Of a stretch of 13,070 bases of DNA, positions 8,128-13,070 are shown in pieces. Position numbers and translations under genes: made by a program. Each line of letters begins with the position of its first letter. Position 1 is the stretch's first letter. The notes beneath the pieces are model-generated. The model saw only the letters and a program-made list of their open reading frames with translations, did no database searches and had not been told where the DNA came from. The stretch spans positions 1 through 13,070 of the forward strand of contig CAWBCT010000015.1 of the NCBI GenBank assembly GCA_963787445.1, read 5' to 3'. Source of the stretch: an uncultured archaeon. GTDB taxonomy: Archaea > Micrarchaeota > Micrarchaeia > Micrarchaeales > CABMGC01.

Positions 8128-9313
8128 GCAGGTTTACCAGCCTGCCTCCCTTTTGATACCAACTCATCTTCTTCTTTCCGTAATCCATTATCCAGGCTCC
8201 GACTATCAGGTAGTCGGGCATGTCCTTTCTGATGAACCGCTCGTGCTTTACGAGTATGTTCGCCTTTGGGATGTGGCGGCCTATCTCGCAGGATCGCATC
8301 ATATGCATACTCTATCTGCTCGTTGGTTATCTCGCAGAAGTTAAGCAGCGTGGCGATCTTTGCCGGCGCCATCCAGATGGAAACGCGCTTCCCGTTCCTG
8401 TTCAGAGAGCCTATCAGCTTCCTGATCTCCCGCTTTCTCTGGTCGGCCTGTTTCTGGAGCCCCCTCATCGTCTTGAGATCGTATAATCCGGACTGCTTCT
8501 CCAGCAGCATGAACCTTTTCAGCGGGCCCTCCTTTCCGTGCTTCCTTAGGAGCACGCGGACCGAGCCGCCGAGCTGCTTCGGAAGGTACCTCACATCCAC
8601 AATCTGAGCCCGCAGCTGTGCGCAAGCCTGGTAAACGCCCTGATGTTCCAGACGTAGTAGTGCTCGGCGTAGATGGTGTCTATCTGGAAGTTCTTGACGA
8701 AATCCCTCAGCCAGTGGACCTCTATGGAAATGGTTCCCGTCTCTCCCGCAAGCCTCTTCATCCCCAGCAGCATGTCCCGGGGATCTGGGATATGGGCAAA
8801 CACGTTGTTCGCCATTACAAGGTCTGCAGTGCCGTACTTGGTCGCCATGGAATCAGCCAGCTCGCTGCCGAAGAAGCTGTTTATGGTCTTGTGACCGTTG
8901 CTGTTGGCAAGCCGGGCCATGTTCTTCGTGGGTTCCACACCTATGACCTGCTTGAATCCTCCATGTTTCTTGAGCAGTGCTATCTCTGTGCCGTCGTTGG
9001 AGCCCACCACCACCGCAAACTCTCTGCGCTTCAGGTTCTTCTTCATTACAGAAGCCAGCGCCTTGAGATGATCAACTCGGGGCGTTATCCTTGATACTGA
9101 ATAGGTGTAGTGGCTGTTGAATAGTTCTGACCTATCCACCAGCTCGGCCTGCTGGAAAAATGTGCAGTCTTTGCACCAGTAGCACACCAGCGGGTAGCTC
9201 TTCACCCTCTTAAGCTGCTGCTTGGTGAGAAACCCGTTGGCATTCGGCATGCTGCCCAGGTCGAGCACCTTGACCAGATTCTTGCTGCCACATACTTTGC
9301 ACGAGTAATCCAA
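8099..9313 (-). pseudogene. NDP-hexose C-methyltransferase (TylC3/TcaB9/NovU-like), frameshifted in the 3' half (likely sequencing errors)
   Basis: N-terminal Zn-binding CKVC...LDLGSMPNANGFL...YPL...CKDC, then VGSNDG, GVEP, NVFAHIPD and IYAEH. After a shift at about 8604 it reads GGSVRV and APAKIATLLNFC, and after about 8290 IGRHIP...PDYLIVGAW. The TTG start at 9313 is preceded by a GTGA RBS. Confidence 0.9.
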
Positions 9314-9323
9314 AATATCACAT

Positions 9324-9875
9324 CTATGCTTCAGTCTCTGCGTCCTGAAGCTTCGGCCAGCCTTTGTCCGAATCAGACAGTACAGGTTCGGCCGAAGAGG
9401 GCCAGGTTATTCCCAATGCGGGGTCATTCCACAGTATCCCCCTGCTGCACTCCTTTGAGTACTCCTTTGTCGTCCTATAAAGGATGGCCGTGTTGTCTTC
9501 AAGAGCCATGAAGCCATGCGCAAATCCTTCCGGGACCCACAGCATCCGGGGCTTGTCAGATGAAAGCCCCACTCCTATCCATTTTGAATATGTTGCAGAG
9601 CTTTTCCTGATATCAACCACGACGTCGAATATGCTTCCGGAGAGAACCGTAACCAGCTTTCCTTGCTGCGCCGGTTTCAGCTGGTAGTGCAGACCGCGCA
9701 CCACATTTTTCCTTGACTTTGAGATGCTCTCCTGTGCAAAAGTCTGGGAAATGCCGTTGGCTTCAAACTCGGAGTGCTTATACATCTCGATAAATGAGCC
9801 CCTATTATCAGGATGCGAGTCGCAGTCCACCAGCAGCACATCAGGGATGCCCAGTTTGGTGAATTTAAGTGTCAT
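9324..9875 (-). CDS. rfbC: dTDP-4-dehydrorhamnose 3,5-epimerase
   Basis: Contains DNRGSFIE, VRGLHYQ, QGKLV, DVVVDIRKSS, LWVPEGFAHGF, WNDPALGITWP and LSDSD. The ORF is intact. Confidence 0.97.
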   Translation of the reverse strand: MTLKFTKLGIPDVLLVDCDSHPDNRGSFIEMYKHSEFEANGISQTFAQESISKSRKNVVRGLHYQLKPAQQGKLVTVLSGSIFDVVVDIRKSSATYSKWIGVGLSSDKPRMLWVPEGFAHGFMALEDNTAILYRTTKEYSKECSRGILWNDPALGITWPSSAEPVLSDSDKGWPKLQDAETEA

Positions 9876-9885
9876 CTACTCGTGC

Positions 9886-10635
9886 TCACTTTTGCGACTT
9901 TTGGTCGTACATCTTCTTTGCCAGCTCATTGGCTTTGAACAGGGACTCAAACGTCCCAGCATCAGTCCACTCGGATTCTATTATCTTGTAATCAAGCTTC
10001 CCTTCATTAAGGTACATATTTATGAGATCGGTCATCTCCAGCTCTCCGCGCGCAGATGGCTTCAGCTTCTTTATCCTGCCGAATGCAGTATCATCGATCA
10101 GATACATGCCGGTGAGCGCATAGTTCGACTTTGGCACCTTGGGCTTCTCCTCGAACGCAACAATCCTATTGCTTCCATCAAAGGCAGGAACACCAAAGCG
10201 CGCAGGGTTCTCCACCTGCTTGAGGAATACCATTGCACCCTTCTTTTTCTCGAATTCGGCGATGCTTGAGCGTATCATCTCAAACTCTGAATCGGTGAAA
10301 TTGAATATGTTGTCACCCAGAATAACTACCACATTCTCTCCTTTGAACACGCCAGACGCAAGACTGAGCGCATGTGCTATGCCAAGAGAACCTTCCTGAA
10401 CCTTGTAGGTGATATTGACCCCAAACTCGTGTCCGCTTCCCAGCAATCCTGCAAAACTTCCGGTGTGATCCTTTCCGGTAACCACAAGAAGGTCGGTTAT
10501 CCCGAAACTTGCCAGCGCCTCTATGGCGTAGTAGATCATGGGTTTGTTGAATATGGGTAGAAGGTGCTTGTTGGTCACTTTTGTTATTGGACGCAGGCGC
10601 GTGCCTTCTCCTCCCGCAAGTACTACTCCTTTCAT
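9886..10635 (-). CDS. rfbA: glucose-1-phosphate thymidylyltransferase (short, SpsI-like RmlA/RfbA)
   Basis: Contains MKGVVLAGGEGTRLRPIT, NKHLLPI, ILGDN, EEKP, PSARGELEMTD and WTDAGTFESL. The start is ATG 10635 with a G-rich RBS (GGGGGG, 10641-10646); the ORF-track extension to 10812 overlaps rfbD. Confidence 0.95.
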   Translation of the reverse strand: MKGVVLAGGEGTRLRPITKVTNKHLLPIFNKPMIYYAIEALASFGITDLLVVTGKDHTGSFAGLLGSGHEFGVNITYKVQEGSLGIAHALSLASGVFKGENVVVILGDNIFNFTDSEFEMIRSSIAEFEKKKGAMVFLKQVENPARFGVPAFDGSNRIVAFEEKPKVPKSNYALTGMYLIDDTAFGRIKKLKPSARGELEMTDLINMYLNEGKLDYKIIESEWTDAGTFESLFKANELAKKMYDQKSQK

Positions 10636-10665
10636 ATTTACCCCCCAGAATACCTCATTTTTAGA

Positions 10666-10709
10666 TTGGATTACGCTGATATTTAAACGTAATGCTCGTA
10701 TAAATCCAA
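10666..10709. promoter_or_regulatory. bidirectional promoter between rfbA and rfbD
   Basis: The 75-bp spacer holds palindromic TTTAAA at 10682-10687, about 24 nt before the rfbD ATG (leaderless spacing). It is flanked by short inverted repeats. Confidence 0.5.
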
Positions 10710-10710
10710 C

Positions 10711-11586
10711 ATGGACAAGCTGCTTGTTGTAGGGGGTAGCGGCCTTCTTGGAAGCAAGCTTTTGGAGCGCTGCAAAGGCACGTTTTCCGTGTTCTCCACC
10801 TATAAAACACACGCGTTGGAAGGCAAAGGCTCATTCATGCTGGACGTGACTGACAAGGAAGCAACCGCAAAGCTGATTGGGAAGATTAAGCCCGATTATG
10901 TCATAGATACGCATGCGCTGACGAATTTGGACTACTGCGAGATGCACAAGGAAGAGGCCTGGGAGGTCAACGTCGTGGGTGCGCAGAACATGGCCAAGGC
11001 GTGCAAAAAACTCGGTTCCAAATATGTCTTCCTCTCGACTGACTCGGTGTTTGATGGCAAAAAGAAAAGCTATGTGGAGGAGGACAGTACCAACCCGTTG
11101 AACTATTACGGGAAGACGAAACTTGCAGCCGAGCAGGCGATAGAAGCAACCTGCGAGGATTGTATCATAGCCAGAACCTCGGTCATTTACGGAAAAGGAG
11201 GCATGAACAAGGTGAACTTTGCTTCGTGGCTTATCGAGAAGCTATCCAAGGGCGAACGGGCAAATATCGTCGTTGATCAGTATAACAATCCTACCCTGGT
11301 TGATAACCTGGCTGACCTCCTGTTGAGGCTCATTGAGAAGGACGCAACGGGCCTGTTCCATGCCACTGGAAAGAATTGCATCAGCAGGTATGATTTTTCC
11401 TTGCAGATAGCAGACACCTTCGGCTTAAATAAGAAATTGATAAACTCCATCACCACATCGGAACTGAACCAGATAGCAAAAAGGCCGCTGAGGGTGGATA
11501 TGTGCGTCACAAAGGCAGAGCAGACCTCGGGGCTAAAGATGCTCACTACTAATCAGGGTCTACGGGAGCTAAGGAAACAGAAGTAG
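10711..11586 (+). CDS. rfbD: dTDP-4-dehydrorhamnose reductase
   Basis: Contains VGGSGLLG, TNLDYCE, LSTDSVFDG, NPLNYYGKTKLAAE (YxxxK), VDQYNNPT, GLFHATG and AKRP. Confidence 0.95.
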   Translation: MDKLLVVGGSGLLGSKLLERCKGTFSVFSTYKTHALEGKGSFMLDVTDKEATAKLIGKIKPDYVIDTHALTNLDYCEMHKEEAWEVNVVGAQNMAKACKKLGSKYVFLSTDSVFDGKKKSYVEEDSTNPLNYYGKTKLAAEQAIEATCEDCIIARTSVIYGKGGMNKVNFASWLIEKLSKGERANIVVDQYNNPTLVDNLADLLLRLIEKDATGLFHATGKNCISRYDFSLQIADTFGLNKKLINSITTSELNQIAKRPLRVDMCVTKAEQTSGLKMLTTNQGLRELRKQK

Positions 11587-11615
11587 GGACTTCCTGCGCA
11601 CTATTTTCAAATGGT

Positions 11616-12407
11616 CTAGGCAGTCCTATGGCAAAACAGGTTGCCGCCGGCTTTGTCGACTATGTGCATATTGTCTATTGTGAAGCCAGAGTCCGTTATC
11701 TTCTTTAGGAGCTCTTTCCCGGCGCTGGGATTCTTTTGGATTATGTCTGAATTGTACTCCACCACCAGGTACCTGCACCGGGCAAGGGTGCTTTTTGCGC
11801 CGTTTATAGCATCAAGTTCAGAACCCTCAATGTCCATCTTTATTATGGTGATGTCCGAGTCCGTTATTAGGTTGTCTAGGGTGTTGGTCTTCACCGATTG
11901 AATTGGCTTGCGGCCGTCTGAAATGAGGGAGTTTGCGCCGGCCCATTCCTGATCACCATACAGATGGCGCGTGCTCTCCGTGGACGAGATTGCAGACGGG
12001 CTTAGCACAACATTCTTGCAGTTGTTTCTCTTTACATTTCTCTCTAGTATGGCCCTGGTAGAATCGTTTGGCTCAAATGAATACACTTTATTTGCCAGTT
12101 GGGACATTAGCACGGTAAAGTAGCCAATGTTTGCGCCGGCGTCTATGGCAACGCCCTTGTGCTTGTGAAGCGCATCTGAGATGAACTTCCGAGTATCAGG
12201 CTCGTAGATGCCACCGCTCCTTAACAAAGAAAGGCTATCGTGCTCGTCTACTTCAAGGGCCGCCCCATAATCTGTTGTTATTATTTTGCCTTTGGCTAAG
12301 CTGCTCACCCATTTTCTCCGCGCCTTTTCCACCATTGGGATATTGCCCAGCTTGGAACCTTCCAGTGAATTGTACAAGAAGTTGTAGATCTTTTGTGAAA
12401 TGCTCAT
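11616..12407 (-). CDS. FkbM family SAM-dependent methyltransferase
   Basis: Contains YEP, IDAGANIGYFT, VYSFEPN, TLD, IKMDIEGSE and VVEY, with a GTGAG RBS upstream of the ATG. Confidence 0.93.
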   Translation of the reverse strand: MSISQKIYNFLYNSLEGSKLGNIPMVEKARRKWVSSLAKGKIITTDYGAALEVDEHDSLSLLRSGGIYEPDTRKFISDALHKHKGVAIDAGANIGYFTVLMSQLANKVYSFEPNDSTRAILERNVKRNNCKNVVLSPSAISSTESTRHLYGDQEWAGANSLISDGRKPIQSVKTNTLDNLITDSDITIIKMDIEGSELDAINGAKSTLARCRYLVVEYNSDIIQKNPSAGKELLKKITDSGFTIDNMHIVDKAGGNLFCHRTA

Positions 12408-12492
12408 TTACTCACTTTCCCGTTGGCGTGGCTTTCGCCGTTGTAACACTCCGAGTCAAGCCGTAGCGTTCAATAATATATACTATGATGTT

Positions 12493-12499
12493 TTTATAA
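12493..12499 (+). promoter_or_regulatory. TATA box for the downstream methyltransferase
   Basis: TTTATAA lies about 28 nt upstream of GTG 12528, the spacing expected for a leaderless archaeal transcript. Confidence 0.5.
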
Positions 12500-12527
12500 T
12501 GTGGCGAGTGAGTCACCCTAGAAAATC

Positions 12528-13070
12528 GTGGTTAATTTGAACTTCATCCGGAGAAGCAGCAAGGTCATGCGTGAAGAAGGGATTGGCGGGTTCCTGCGCA
12601 ATGTCTACGCCTATGTAACGTCCGTGGCGTATCAGGCCTACGAAGCACTTGTGCTAACCATTGCAACACCGCAGGTCATTGCCTCTTTCAAGGCCCAATC
12701 GGAAAGGGTTAGGGGTCTAAACGGGCTGGTGGATTTCTCATACAGATTCAGCTTCCTGGGCGTTTCGTTCAAACCAGTACAGCTGCACAGCGAGATAACT
12801 GAATTGCTTGGTATCCTTCAGAAGCGCAAAATTCACGCAATGCTTGAAATAGGCACGGATAGTGGCGGAACGCTATTTCTGTTCTCACACGTCTCAGCAC
12901 CGGACGCAAAAATCATAAGCATCAACCTCCCGTGGAGCACGCTTAACGAGTACTGCATGCGATACCGCAACAGGCTCTACCGGAATTTTGCGACCCAGAG
13001 GCAGCGGATGAGCCTGCTTACCGAGAATTCTCACGGGCAGGCCACGCTGACGAAAGTGCGCAAACTTTTG
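12528..13070 (+). CDS. class I SAM-dependent methyltransferase (Methyltransf_24/CmcI-like), truncated by the window end
   Basis: My translation from GTG 12528 (in-frame TAG at 12519-12521 upstream) stays open for 181 codons: MVNLNFIRRSSKVMREEG...KPVQLHSEITELL...MLEIGTDSGGTLFLF...KIISINLP...ENSHGQAT. It is absent from the ORF track. Confidence 0.85.
   Translation, partial: MVNLNFIRRSSKVMREEGIGGFLRNVYAYVTSVAYQAYEALVLTIATPQVIASFKAQSERVRGLNGLVDFSYRFSFLGVSFKPVQLHSEITELLGILQKRKIHAMLEIGTDSGGTLFLFSHVSAPDAKIISINLPWSTLNEYCMRYRNRLYRNFATQRQRMSLLTENSHGQATLTKVRKLL

Noticed and set aside
5305-8604. Programmed frameshifting or homopolymer phase variation as the cause of the broken genes
   Set aside because: There are too many shifts per gene, they are in runs of only 2-4 bases or in non-repetitive sequence, and I saw no slippery heptamers or long tracts at the break points.
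9724-10269. 181-aa plus-strand ORF and the other short antisense ORFs in the track
   Set aside because: They lie opposite well-supported genes and have no recognisable motifs or start signals.
10636-10812. 59-aa N-terminal extension of RfbA in the ORF track
   Set aside because: It overlaps rfbD and the promoter. The family start MKGVVLAGG at 10635 has its own RBS.
1-13070. CRISPR array, tRNA/rRNA, IS element or DGR cassette
   Set aside because: By eye I found no periodic repeats, cloverleaf, transposase, terminal inverted repeats, reverse transcriptase or TR/VR pair.

Overview
This is a compact, gene-dense sugar-nucleotide and surface-glycan biosynthesis/decoration locus, most likely archaeal. 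A DPANN/Micrarchaeota-like host is my inference from TATA-type promoters, apparently leaderless starts, GTGA/GGAGG RBSs, AGG/ATA codon use, N-glycosylation sequons and a Thermoplasmatales-type GT-A-like gene. It encodes all four dTDP-L-rhamnose enzymes (rfbA, rfbB, rfbC, rfbD) spread over three transcription units, an NDP-hexose C-methyltransferase, two FkbM methyltransferases and a third class I methyltransferase cut by the window end. It also has a Vat/CatB-like O-acetyltransferase, two GT4 glycosyltransferases, a GT-A-like protein, a radical SAM enzyme whose SPASM/Twitch region has lost most of its cysteines, a DUF218 protein and an AT-rich orphan. Four consecutive genes (about 4878-9313) are broken by roughly 15 small indels, mostly single-base deletions and several in short homopolymers, while the flanking genes are intact. 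This looks more like local long-read consensus error than true decay. The most notable candidate system is an archaeal pathway for a C-methyl-branched, O-methylated/O-acetylated rhamnose-type sugar. I saw no RNA genes, CRISPR arrays or mobile elements.
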